In this document: one piece after another, positions 1-11,461 of the stretch | Numbering within the stretch: position 1 is the stretch's first letter | Layout of the letters: the number at the start of each line of letters is the position of its first letter | From: Anaeramoeba ignava BMAN | Taxonomy: Eukaryota; Protista; Anaeramoebae | Direction: 5' to 3' | Length of the DNA stretch: 64,000 nt | Assembly (NCBI GenBank): GCA_028826165.1 | Contig: JAPDFW010000061.1 | Location: 1 to 64,000, forward strand | Notes under the pieces: model-generated | The model's database searches: none | Seen by the model: the letters and a program-made list of their open reading frames with translations, nothing else | Told to the model about the DNA's origin: nothing | Made by a program: the position numbers and the translations under genes

Positions 1-238
1 AATCATTTCTAAAAAAAAAATAACAGAAATTAAAATTAAAAAAAATTTTTATTTATTTTTTTTGAAAAGGCAAATATTTAATAAAATTTTTTCTTTGAGT
101 TTTTTTTTGTATTGGTTACTAAAATTTAAAATGAGAATAAAAAAAGAAATTGAAATGAAAGTGGCAAAAGAGTTCATAAATCTTCGTAAAATAAAATAAA
201 AATGAAAAGAAAAAAAATGAAATGAAAAAATTTTCGAA

Positions 239-2008
239 TTATTTTTTTCTTTTCTGGTTATTAAATTTGTTAATTAATAAATCAAATAAATTTGGATTTG
301 TTTGATTTAATTGAAAATAATCAATTCCAATTTGAATTTCATTAATCATTTCTTTTGTAATTTGAATTCCATCTTTAATTTGATTTGAATAAATCCAATA
401 TTCAAATATTTGAAATGATTTATTACTTAATTCACTATAATCTGTAACTTTATTTGAAGTATCATTTGTTACAGATAAAAACATTCCTCGATATAATTCA
501 CTTCTCATTATTAATATTAATTTTGGAAATTTATATTGTTTTTCTTTTCTTTCAATTATAAAATCTTTTTCATTTTCATTTTCATTTTCATTTAAATAAA
601 TTCTTTTCATTGTTTCTTCAATTTTTTCATTTGAATTTATAATTTCTTTAATTTCATAATATAATTTTGGATTTGTTATTCTGTTTGAATAAATCATTTC
701 AAATATTTGATTTGATTCTTTAATTGATTTATTTGAAATAATTTCTTGAAGTTTTTCAATTTGATTTTCATCTTTTAATCTATATTTCAATATTAATTTA
801 TGAGCTTCAATTATTTCTCCATTTTCGGTTTTAAATGAGATATTGCAAAATTCTTTTCTTCTAAATAATTTTATCAAATCTTCTTCAAGATTGGAAAAAT
901 AAGGAGGAGAATAATAAATAAAAGATCTACGATATCCACAAAGAACATGATAATTAGAAATATCTTCATTAAATCTTAATTTAGGAAGTTCAATTTGAAT
1001 TGGAATTGATTGATTTTTTTTATATTCAGTTCCTAATTCACCAAATTCATTATAACCAAATCCAATTAATTTTGAATTGGAAGTTAAAATCAAAGTATGA
1101 GAATAACCAACAGAAAAATCAATAATATCATTATTTTCAAATAAAGATGATTTGATTTCAGTAAATTCATAAGTATTTCCATCTTTGCCAAATCCATTAT
1201 GTAAATAAAATCCACATGAATAAAGTTTTCTTTTTGTATTTTGATTTTCATTTTCAATCATCATTATTGAATGCCAATATCCAGATTGAATATCAATTAT
1301 TTTGCCTTTTGGAATATTTTGGATTTTGGTTAATTTTTTGATTTTTTCTTCTATTGGTTCTCCTAATCCAAGTTGACCGTATTGATTAAATCCGCATCCA
1401 AATAATTCTTGATTTGAATTTAAAAGAAAAACATAATATGAAGTATTTCCTGAAAATATTTTAGAAACATTTTTCATCATTAAAATTGGTTTTTCAGTTA
1501 TTTTAAGTGTTTCAGAATCTAAACCAAGTTGACCAAATTGATTTAAACCAATTCCATAAACATTTTGATTTGAAGTTAATAAGTAAACTGAATTGTAACC
1601 AGAAACAATATCTTGAATTATTCTATCATTTTTATCTTCAATTAATGATGAAATATTGATAAATTGATTTGGATTTTTTGAATTAATATATATTCCTTTG
1701 GCAAATACATTTCCTTCTTTTGTTAAAATAGCTTCATTTTGATCACCAACAGTTACTTTTTGAATATTTTCTTCAATTTGGATTTTTTGAGGATTTTGTT
1801 TTGAATCATTTTGATTTGAATATTCTATTGCTTTTCCATTTTTAAAAAGGAAAATTGTTGAATAATTTCCTGTCGAAATTTGTTTAATTTGTTTTTCATT
1901 TTCATTTTCATTTTCAAATTTAATTTGAATTGGTTTTGTTATTTTATTTGGTTCATTTTTTAAAAGAATTGGTAATTGATTTAAACCAAAAAATAAACAA
2001 TCATTCAT
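239..2008 (-). CDS. RCC1-repeat beta-propeller + tandem BTB/POZ protein (RCBTB/IBtk-like architecture), copy A, intact and intronless
   Basis: 589-aa ORF with RCC1 motifs (GxNxxGQLG, SVGYSHTLILT) and two BTB-like segments (FCNISF..AHKLILKYR; DFII..FPKLILIMRSELYRGMF..FEYWIYS). Confidence 0.9.
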   Translation of the reverse strand: MNDCLFFGLNQLPILLKNEPNKITKPIQIKFENENENEKQIKQISTGNYSTIFLFKNGKAIEYSNQNDSKQNPQKIQIEENIQKVTVGDQNEAILTKEGNVFAKGIYINSKNPNQFINISSLIEDKNDRIIQDIVSGYNSVYLLTSNQNVYGIGLNQFGQLGLDSETLKITEKPILMMKNVSKIFSGNTSYYVFLLNSNQELFGCGFNQYGQLGLGEPIEEKIKKLTKIQNIPKGKIIDIQSGYWHSIMMIENENQNTKRKLYSCGFYLHNGFGKDGNTYEFTEIKSSLFENNDIIDFSVGYSHTLILTSNSKLIGFGYNEFGELGTEYKKNQSIPIQIELPKLRFNEDISNYHVLCGYRRSFIYYSPPYFSNLEEDLIKLFRRKEFCNISFKTENGEIIEAHKLILKYRLKDENQIEKLQEIISNKSIKESNQIFEMIYSNRITNPKLYYEIKEIINSNEKIEETMKRIYLNENENENEKDFIIERKEKQYKFPKLILIMRSELYRGMFLSVTNDTSNKVTDYSELSNKSFQIFEYWIYSNQIKDGIQITKEMINEIQIGIDYFQLNQTNPNLFDLLINKFNNQKRKK

Positions 2009-2111
2009 TTTTAAAAAGAAAAAATGAAAAAAATGAAAAAACTGAAAAGAAAAAATAATGAAAAAATGAAAAAACGTGTTTTTAATTTTAATTTTAATTT
2101 TAATTTTATTT

Positions 2112-3903
2112 TTATTTTTTTCTTTTTTGATTATTAAATTTGTTAATTAATAAATCAATTAAATTTGGATTTGTTTGATTTAATTGAAAATAATCAATTC
2201 CAATTTCAATTTCATCAATTATTTCTTTTGTAATTTGAATTTCATCTTTAATTTGATTTGAATAAATCCAATATTCAAATATTTGGAATGATTTATTACT
2301 TAATTCACTATAATCTGTAACTTTATTAGATTTATCTTCAGTTACAGATAAAAACATTCCTCGATATAATTCACTTCTCATTATTAATATTAATTTTGGA
2401 AATTTATATTGTTTTTCTTTTCTTTCAATTATAAAATCTTTTTCATTTTCATTTTCATTTTCATTTAAATAAATTCTTTTAATTGTTTCTTCTATTTTTT
2501 CATTTGAATTTATAATTTCTTTAATTTCATAATATAATTTTGGATTTATTATTTTGTTTGAATAAATCATTTCAAATATTTGATTTGATTCTTTAATTGA
2601 TTTATTTGAAATAATTTCTTTAAGTTTTTCAATTTGATTTTGATTTTGATTTAATCTATATTTTAATATTAATTTATGAGCTTCAATTATTTCTCCATTT
2701 TCTGTTTTAAATGAAATATCACAAAATTCTTTTCTTTCAAATAATTTTATCAAATCTTCTTCAAGATTAGAAAAAGAAGAAAGAAAAGGAGAATAATAAA
2801 GAAATGAATTATAAAAATCACCACAAAGAACATGATAATTAGAAATATCTTCATTAAATCTTAATTTAGGAAGTTTAATTTGAATTGGAATTAATTTATC
2901 TTTTATATTTCCAGTTCCTAATTGACCATAAGCATTATATCCAAATGTAATCAATTTTCCTTTGGAAGTTAAAATCAAATTATGTTTATATCCAACAGAA
3001 ATTTCAAGAATATTATCATCATTTTCAAATAAAGATGATTTGATTTCAGTAAATTCATAAGTATCGTTATTTTTACCAAGTCCATTCCAATGAAGATCTC
3101 CACATGAATAAAGTTTTCTTTTTGGATTTTGATTTTCATTTTCAATCAACATTATTGAATGATAATTTGCAATTTGAATATCAATTATTTTGCCTTTTGG
3201 AATATTTTGGATTTTGGTTAATTCTTCAATATTTTTTTCAATTTTTAATTCTCCTAATCCAAGTCTACCTTTTAGATTACCACCACATCCAAATAATTCT
3301 TGATTTGAATTTAAAAGAAAAACTGAAGTTGAACAATTTCCTGAAAATATTTTAGAAACATTTTTCATCATTAAAATTGGTTTTTGTTTTTTTAAGTGTT
3401 ATATAATTAGAACCAAGTTCACTAAAATCATTTGAACCAATTCCATAAACATTTTGATTTGAAGTTAATAAGTAAATTGAATAAGCTCCAGAAACAATAT
3501 CTTGAATTATTCTATCATTTGTATCTTCAATTAATGATGAAATATTGATAAATTGATTTGGATTTTTTGGATTTATATCTTTTCCTTTTGCAAATACATT
3601 TCCTTCTATTGTTAAAATAGCTTCATTTTGAACACCAACAGTTACTTTTTGAATATTTTCAATTTGGATTTTTGAAGGATTTTGATTTGAATCATTTTCA
3701 TTTAAATATTCTATTGCTTTTCCATTTTCAAAAAGGAAAATTGTTGCAAAATGACCTGATGAAATTTGTTTAATTTGTTTTTCATTTTCATTTTCATTTT
3801 CATTTTCAAATTTAAATTGAATTGGTTTTGTTATTTTTTCATTTGGTTTATTTTTTATAAGTTTTGGATTTTTATTTGAACCAAAAAATAAAATTTCATT
3901 CAT
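2112..3903 (-). pseudogene. RCC1-BTB copy B, one frameshift near 3385 (real lesion or assembly error)
   Basis: ORFs 3352..3903 and 2112..3371 are colinear with copy A. ACAGAAAAACCA in paralogues reads ACAAAAACCA here (2-nt loss in an A run). Confidence 0.75.
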
Positions 3904-3944
3904 TTTTGAAAAGAAAAAATAATGAAAAAATGAAAAAACGATTT

Positions 3945-4260
3945 TGGAATTTTAATTTTAATTTTAATTTTGATTTTAATTTTAATTTTAATTTTAATTT
4001 TGATTTTAATTTTAATTTTAATTTTAATTTTGGATTTTAATTTTGATTTTAATTTTAATTTTGATTTTGATTTTAATTTTAATTTTAATTTTAATTTTAA
4101 TTTTAATTTTAATTTTAATTTTGATTTTAATTTTAATTTTAATTTTGATTTTGATTTTGATTTTGATTTTAATTTTAATTTTGATTTTAATTTTGATTTT
4201 GATTTTAATTTTAATTTTGATTTTAATTTTAATTTTAATTTTAATTTTAATTTTAATTTT
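3945..4260. repeat. (TTTTAA/TTTTGA)n hexamer spacer between RCC1-BTB copies
   Basis: Directly visible, about 50 units. Shorter versions at 2080-2110, 6100-6202, 11365-11425 and 13325-13505. Confidence 0.95.
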
Positions 4261-6052
4261 AATTATTAAATTTGTTAATTAATAAATCAAATAAATTTGG
4301 ATTTGTTTGATTTAATTGAAAATAATCAATTCCAATTTGAAATTCATTAATTATTTCTTTTGTAATTTGAATTCTTTCTTTAATTTGATTTAAATAAATC
4401 CAATATTCAAATATTTGAAATGATTTATTACTTAATTCACTATAATCTGTAACTTTATTAGATTTATCTTCTGTTACAGATAAAAACATTCCTCGATATA
4501 ATTCACTTCTCATTATTAATATTAATTTTGGAAATTTATATTGTTTTTCTTTTCTTTCAATAATAAAATCTTTTTCATTTTCATTTTCATTTTCATTTAA
4601 ATAAATTCTTTTCATTGTTTCTTCAATTTTTTCATTTAAATTTATAATTTCTTTAATTTCATAATATAATTTTGGATTTATTATTCTGTTTGAATAAATC
4701 ATTTCAAATATTTGATTTGATTCTTTAATTGATTTATTTGAAATAATTTCTTTTGAAGTTTTTCAATTTGATTTTGATTTTGATTTAATCTATATTTCAA
4801 TATTAATTTATGAGCTTCAATTATTTCTCCATTTTTGGTTTTAAATGAAATATCACAAAATTCTTTTCTTTCAAATAGTTTTATCAAATCTTCTTCAAGA
4901 TTAGAAAAAGGAGAAAGAAAAGGAGAATAATAAAGAAATGATTTATCATATCCACAAGAAATATGATAATTAGAAATATCTTCATTAAATCTTAATTTAG
5001 GAAATTCAATTTGAATTGGAATTAATTGTTCTTTTGTATCTCCTAGTTCCTAATTCACCATATCTATTATTTCCAAATCCTATTAATTTTGAATTGGAAG
5101 TTAAAATCAAAGTATCAGTCTCACCAACAGAAAAATCAAGAATATCATCATTATTTTCAAATAAAGATGATTCGATTTCAGTAAATTCATAAGTATTTCC
5201 ATCTTTGCCAAGTCCATTATATCTCCAATATCCACATGAATAAAGTTTTCTTTTTGTATTTTCATTTTCATTTTGATTTTCATTTTCAATCAATATTATT
5301 GAATGTTTAAAGCCACATTGAATATCAATTATTTTGTCTTTTGGAATATTTTGGATTTTGATTAATTTCTTGATTGCTATTTCTTCTTTTCTTGATTCTC
5401 CTAATCCAAGTTGACCCCATCTATTATCACCACATCCAAATAATTCTTGATTTGAATTTAAAAGAAAAACATAAAATGAATTATTTCCTGAAAATATTTT
5501 AGAAACATTTTTCATCATCAAAACTGGTTTTTCTGTTTTATTAAGTGTTTCAGAATCAAAACCAAGTTGACCAAATTGATTTGAACCAATTCCATAAGCA
5601 TTATGATTTGAAGTTAATAAGTAAACTGAATTGTATCCAGAAACAATATCTTGAATTATTCTATCATTTTTATCTTCAATTAATGATGAAATATTGATAA
5701 ATTGATTTGGATTTTTTGGATTAATATATATTCCTTTTGCAAATACATTTCCTTCTATTGTTAAAATAGCTTCATTTTGATCACCAACAGATACTTTTTG
5801 AATATTTTCTTCAATTTGAATTTTTGAAGGATTTTGATTTGAATCATTTTGATTTGAATATTCTATTGCTTTTCCATTTTTAAAAAGGAAAATTGTTGAA
5901 AAAAAGCCTGATGAAATTTGTTTAATTTGTTTTTCATTTTCATTTTCATTTTCATTTTCAAATTTAAATTGAATTGGTTTTGTTATTTTATTTGGTTTAT
6001 TTTTTATAAGTTTTGGATAATTATTTAAACCAAAAAATATAATTTCATTCAT
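4259..6052 (-). pseudogene. RCC1-BTB copy C, frameshifts near 5045 and 4752
   Basis: ORF pieces 5006..6052, 4699..4887 and 4259..4702 are colinear with copy A. +1 nt at GGAACTAGGAGAT and +2 nt at CTTCAAAAGAAATT relative to paralogues. Confidence 0.75.
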
Positions 6053-6201
6053 TTTCTTTTAATTTTTTTGAAAAATGAAAAAATGAAAAAAATGAAAAAT
6101 TAATTTTAATTTTAATTTTAATTTTAATTTTAATTTTAATTTTAATTTTAATTTTAATTTTAATTTTAATTTTAATTTTAATTTTAATTTTGATTTTAAT
6201 T

Positions 6202-6530
6202 TTAATCATTAAATTTGTTAATTAATAAATCAAATAAATTTGGATTTGTTTGATTTAATTGAAAATAATCAATTCCAATTTCAATTTCATCAATTATTTC
6301 TTGTGTAATTTGAATTTCATCTTTAATTTGATTTGAATAAATCCAATATTCAAATATTTGAAATGATTTATTACTTAATTCACTATAATCTGTAACTTTA
6401 TTTGAAGTATCATTTGTTACAGATAAAAACATTCCTCGATATAATTCACTTCTCATTATTAATATTAATTTTGGAAATTTATATTGTTTTTCTTTTCTTT
6501 CAATTATAAAATCTTTTTAATTTTCATTTA
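6202..6530 (-). pseudogene. 3' fragment of RCC1-BTB gene (second BTB only)
   Basis: Near-identical to the C-terminal ~105 codons of copies A-C. Homology stops at LNEN*KDFIIER, abutting the 144-bp array. Confidence 0.85.
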
Positions 6531-6534
6531 AGTG

Positions 6535-7245
6535 AAATATAAAAAATAAGAATAGATATAATTTAATATTTAATTAATAAATTAATTTAAAAATATAATT
6601 TAATATTTAATTCCATTATTAAAATAATAATTTAATGTTTTAGATTTAAATATTTTATTATTTAAATATTTAACATATAAATATAAAAAATGAGAATAGA
6701 TTTAATTTAATATTTAATTTATAAATTAATTTAAAAATATAATTTAATATTTAATTTTTATGTTTAAAATAATAATTTAATGTTTTAGATTTAAATATTT
6801 TTATTATTTAAATATTAAACATATAAATATAAAAATAAGAATAGTTTTAATTTAATATTTAATTTAGAAAATAATTTAAAAATATAATTTAATATTTAAT
6901 TTTATGTTTAAAATAATAATTTAATGTTTTAGATTTAAATATTTTATTATTTAAATATTAAACATAAAAATATAAAAATGAAAATAGGTTTAATTTAATA
7001 TTTAATTTATAAATTAATTTAAAAATATAATTTAATATTTAATTTTATTATTAAAATAATAATTTAATGTTTTAGATTTAAATATTTTATTATTTAAATA
7101 TTAAACATATAAATATAAAAATGAAAATAAGTTTAATTTAATATTTAATTTATAAATTAATTTAAAAAATATAATTTAATATTTAATTTTATTATTAAAA
7201 TAATAATTTAATGTTTTAGATTTAAATATTTTATTATTTAAAAAT
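6535..7245. repeat. ~144-bp AT-rich tandem array, 5 copies
   Basis: Anchor AATGTTTTAGATTT at ~6634, 6779, 6923, 7066, 7210. Confidence 0.9.
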
Positions 7246-7609
7246 ATTTTGAAAATTGATTTTTTTGAAATTAAAATTTTATCTTTTTTTTTGAATTAAA
7301 TTGAATTAATATTAATTTGGAAATTTGTTTTAAAATTTAAATTTATTAATAATTTTTAAATTCCAAAAAAAAAATTAAATTAAAAATTAATAAAAATAAT
7401 AATAATTTATTAATAAATTAATTTAAAATAATAAATTAAAAAGAAAATTAAATTAATTATTAATTTAAATTTATTCTTATTTTTTATATTTTTATTTATT
7501 TTCAAAATCCACTTTTTTATTCATTTTTTTTATTTTAAATTTTTTTTTTCATTTTTTTCCTTTTTTTTTTTAAAAACAAAAAACAAAAACAAACACAAAA
7601 AACAACAAA

Positions 7610-9223
7610 ATGGATAATAACAATAATAACCAAATTCAAAATGCAAATCAAAATCAAAATGAAAATGAAATGAAAAATTTAGAAAAAAAAGTAACAAAAA
7701 ATTTAATTAAAAATTATTCAAACCTTTTAAATGGAAATTCATTTAAAGATTTTTCAATTTTTGTTGAGAATAAATCAAATCCTTTTGAAATTAAAGTTCA
7801 TAAATCAATTTTATCTTCAAGATCTCCTTTTTTTAATAAGTTTTTAAGAGAAGAATCTCTTTCTATTTCTTTAAATCAATTTAATAAAAAAGAAATGGAA
7901 TCAATTTTGAGTTATATTTATTATGGAAATATTTCTTTTGAGAATCAAGAAAATCTTATCCAATTATTGGAAATTTCAATTTATTTTAAATTAAATTTAT
8001 TGAAAGAAATTATTCAAAAAAAAATTTCAAATTCAATTAATTATTCAAATTTTTTCCAATTTTTATTCCAAAATCGAAATTTAAAATCAAATGAAATTGA
8101 AATGAAATGTTTTGAATTAATAAATCAAAATTTTTCCCAAATTCAGAATAATGAGAATTTATTCAATTTAACTAAAGAAGAAATTATCAAATTTATTCAA
8201 TTTAAACAAGAAAAAAAAGAAATTTTTCAATTTGATTTTTTTCAATTTTTAAATAATTGGATTGAAAAAAGAAATAAAAGATTAAAAGGAAAGAAATATA
8301 AACACAAAATGAATGAAAAGAAAAGATTATTTCATTCTTTTTTTTCATTATTTGATAAAGATTCAATTTCAAAACAAGATTTTGATAAATTAAAACAATT
8401 TCAAATTTTTCTTCCAAATTCTTTTTTAGTTGATATTCAAAACAAAGTTATTCAAGATAATCAAAAAGAAATTGAAGAGAAATGGAAGAAAGAAGTTGAA
8501 GATAAAAACAAAGAAATTGAAGATAAATGGAAGAAAGAAGTTGAAAAGAATCAAAAAGAAATTGAAAACAAAGATAAAGAAAACCAACAAATGAAAATTG
8601 AAATTGAAGAGAAATGGAAGAAAGAGGTTGAGGATTTGAAATCCAAATTTGAATTAATGGAATTAAAAAACAATTTTCCTCAATTTTCAGATTCAGAAAT
8701 TATTAAAGATATTGAATATGTTAAGAAATTACAAGAATGGATAAATGATAATGATTTTTTTTCTAAAATGAAAAAAGGATTTTCAGCAAAAAGAGATGGA
8801 TTTAATTCTCAAAATTGGCATAATGCAGTTGATAGGAAAGGAAAAACATTAGTTATTATCAAAACAAAACAAAATTTTATTTTTGGAGGTTTTACTCAAG
8901 TTGGATTTAATGGAAATTCAGGATGGATTAAAGACTCGAGTGCATTTATTTTTTCATTAAGAAATGATAAAGGGGATAGAATTCCTGCAAAGTTTACATA
9001 TAATGGCAATGGTCTTGCAATTTATTCTCATTTAAATTATGGTCCAGTTTTTGGTAATAATGATTTTCGTTTAGATTCTAATTTACAACCTGGTTGGTCA
9101 AATTTTGGTTATAGTTATAATCTACCTAATGGAATTACTTATGGAACAGATGAAGCTAAAAGTTATTTAGCTGGTTCTTATAAATCATGGGTTGTTGATG
9201 AACTTGAAACTTATTTCATTTAA
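7610..9223 (+). CDS. BTB + coiled-coil stalk + TLDc domain protein
   Basis: BTB (DFSIFV..IKVHKSILSSRSPFF..ILSYIYYG), three EIEE/DKWKKEVE repeats, TLDc motifs (FSAKRDGF, GKTLVIIKT..FIFGGFT, AFIFSL, YGPVFG, VDELETY). Confidence 0.9.
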   Translation: MDNNNNNQIQNANQNQNENEMKNLEKKVTKNLIKNYSNLLNGNSFKDFSIFVENKSNPFEIKVHKSILSSRSPFFNKFLREESLSISLNQFNKKEMESILSYIYYGNISFENQENLIQLLEISIYFKLNLLKEIIQKKISNSINYSNFFQFLFQNRNLKSNEIEMKCFELINQNFSQIQNNENLFNLTKEEIIKFIQFKQEKKEIFQFDFFQFLNNWIEKRNKRLKGKKYKHKMNEKKRLFHSFFSLFDKDSISKQDFDKLKQFQIFLPNSFLVDIQNKVIQDNQKEIEEKWKKEVEDKNKEIEDKWKKEVEKNQKEIENKDKENQQMKIEIEEKWKKEVEDLKSKFELMELKNNFPQFSDSEIIKDIEYVKKLQEWINDNDFFSKMKKGFSAKRDGFNSQNWHNAVDRKGKTLVIIKTKQNFIFGGFTQVGFNGNSGWIKDSSAFIFSLRNDKGDRIPAKFTYNGNGLAIYSHLNYGPVFGNNDFRLDSNLQPGWSNFGYSYNLPNGITYGTDEAKSYLAGSYKSWVVDELETYFI

Positions 9224-9694
9224 AAATTAATTAATAATAAGAAAATCAAACTTTTTTTTTTTAATTTTTTTTTTCAAAATTTAATTCAATTTTAATTTAC
9301 TTTTAATCAAATTAATTTCTTTAAAATAATAAATAAGAAACAAATTTAATTTTAAATAATTTAATTTTAATTTAAAATATTTATTAAAAATTTAATTAAT
9401 AAAAATAATCCAAAAAAAAAATAATAAATTTTAAAAATTGAATATTTTTAATATAATAAATAAAAATAAAAATTGAAAATAGAAATTAATAATAATTAAA
9501 TTTAAATTCATTAATTAAAATATTAAAATAAAAAAAATCAAATAAAATTTATTATTAATTAATATTTAAATATTAATAAATTATAATCAAAATCAAAAAT
9601 AGAATAATTAGTAAATTATTTTTTTAGAAAGTTTATCTTATTCAATCATGTTAAATTCAATTTATTTAAAATTTTTAATTTTTTAATTTTATTT

Positions 9695-10182
9695 TTAATA
9701 TATTTTATTATAATTAAAATTGGAATAATAAATAATTAAAAATATTAATATAATAAATAAAAATATTATATCAGATTAAAATAAAATAAATCTAAATTAA
9801 ATTATTATTAAATTATTATTAAAATTAAACATATATATTTATTAAAATATTTAACTTTTTTAATATATTTTATTATAATTAAAATTGGAATAATAAATAA
9901 TTAAAAATATTAATATAATAAATAAAAATATTATAGATTAAGATAAAATAAATTTAAATCAAATTATTATTAAATATTATTAAAATTAAATATATATATT
10001 TATTAAAATATTTATTCCACTTTTTAATATATTTTATTATAATTAAAATTGGAATAATAAATAATTATAAATATTAATTTAATAAATAAAAATATTATTT
10101 CAAATTAAAATAAAATAAATCTAAATTAAATTATTATTAAATATTATTAAAATTAAATATATATATATTAATTAAAATATTT
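9695..10182. repeat. ~165-bp AT-rich tandem array, 3 copies
   Basis: Anchor TGGAATAATAAAT at ~9721, 9886, 10050. Confidence 0.85.
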
Positions 10183-10194
10183 CAATTTTCTTCT

Positions 10195-11050
10195 CAATTT
10201 TATTTAATTATTGAGAATTATTTTATATTATTTTAAATAAAGAAATATTGATAAATATATAAAATATAATTAATTTTAAATTTAATTATTTAATATTCTT
10301 TATTCCATTTTTGAAATAAATTAATTAAAATATTTTATTAATTTTATTAAATTATTGAGAATAATTTTATATTATTTTAAATAAAAAATATTGATAAAAT
10401 ATATAAAATATAATTAATTTTAAATTTAATTATTTAATATTCTTTATTCCATTTTTGAAATAAATTAATTAAAATATTTTATTAATTTTATTAAATTATT
10501 GGGAATAATTTTATATTATTTTAAATAAAAAAATATTGATAAAATATATAAAATAGAATTAATTTTAAATTTAATTATTTAATATTCTTTATTCCATTTT
10601 TGAAATAAATTAATAAAAATATTTTATTTATTTTATTTCATTATTGGGAATAGTTTTATATTATTTTAAATAAAGAAATATTGATAAAATATATAAAATA
10701 GAATTAATTTCAAATTTAATTATTTAATATTCTTTATTCCATTTTTGAAATAAATTAATGAAAATATTTTATCAATTTTATTAAATTATTGGGAATAATT
10801 TTATATTATTTTAAATAAAGAAATATTAATAAAATATATAAAATATAATTAATTTTAAATTTAATTATTTAATATTCTTTATTCCATTTTTGAAATAAAT
10901 TAATTAAAATATTTTATTAATTTTATTAAATTATTGAGAATAATTTTATATTATTTTAAATAAAGAAATATTAATAAATATATAAAATAGAATTAAATTT
11001 AAATTTAATTATTTAATATTCTTTATTCCATTTTTGAAATAAATTAATAA
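10195..11050. repeat. ~145-bp AT-rich tandem array, 6 copies
   Basis: Anchor TATTCCATTTTTG at ~10301, 10445, 10590, 10735, 10880, 11024. Confidence 0.9.
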
Positions 11051-11365
11051 AAAGATTTTATAATTGAAAGAAAAGAAAAACAATATAAATTTCCAAAATT
11101 AATATTAATAATGAAAAGTGAATTATATCGAGGAATGTTTTTATCTGTAACAAATGATACTTCTAATAAAGTTACAGATTATAGTGAATTAAGTAATAAA
11201 TCATTTCAAATATTTGAATATTGGATTTATTCAAATCAAATTAAAGATGGAATTAAAATTACACAAGAAATAATTGATGAAATTAAAATTGGAATTGATT
11301 ATTTTCAATTAAATCAAACAAATCCAAATTTATTTGATTTATTAATTAATAAATTTAATAATTAA
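11050..11365 (+). pseudogene. 3' fragment of RCC1-BTB gene (second BTB only), inverted counterpart of 6202-6530
   Basis: Begins at AAAGATTTTATAATTGAAAGA (KDFIIER) immediately after the 145-bp array. Confidence 0.85.
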
Positions 11366-11461
11366 AATCAAAATCAAAATTATAATTAAAATCAAAATCA
11401 AAATTAAAATTAAAATTAAAATTCCAAAAATCATTTTTTTCATTTTTTTTCTTTTTCAAAA

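Noticed and set aside
3970-4282. ILILIL/NFNF ORFs (also 19835-20210, 28656-28883, 45251-45601, 48478-48786, 49975-50256, 58920-59690, 63048-63458)
   Set aside because: Stop-free translations of intronic or intergenic microsatellites.
6535-11050. CRISPR-like array or terminal inverted repeats of a transposon
   Set aside because: Units are contiguous with no unique spacers. Left and right units are not recognisable reverse complements. No cas, transposase or target-site duplication is visible.
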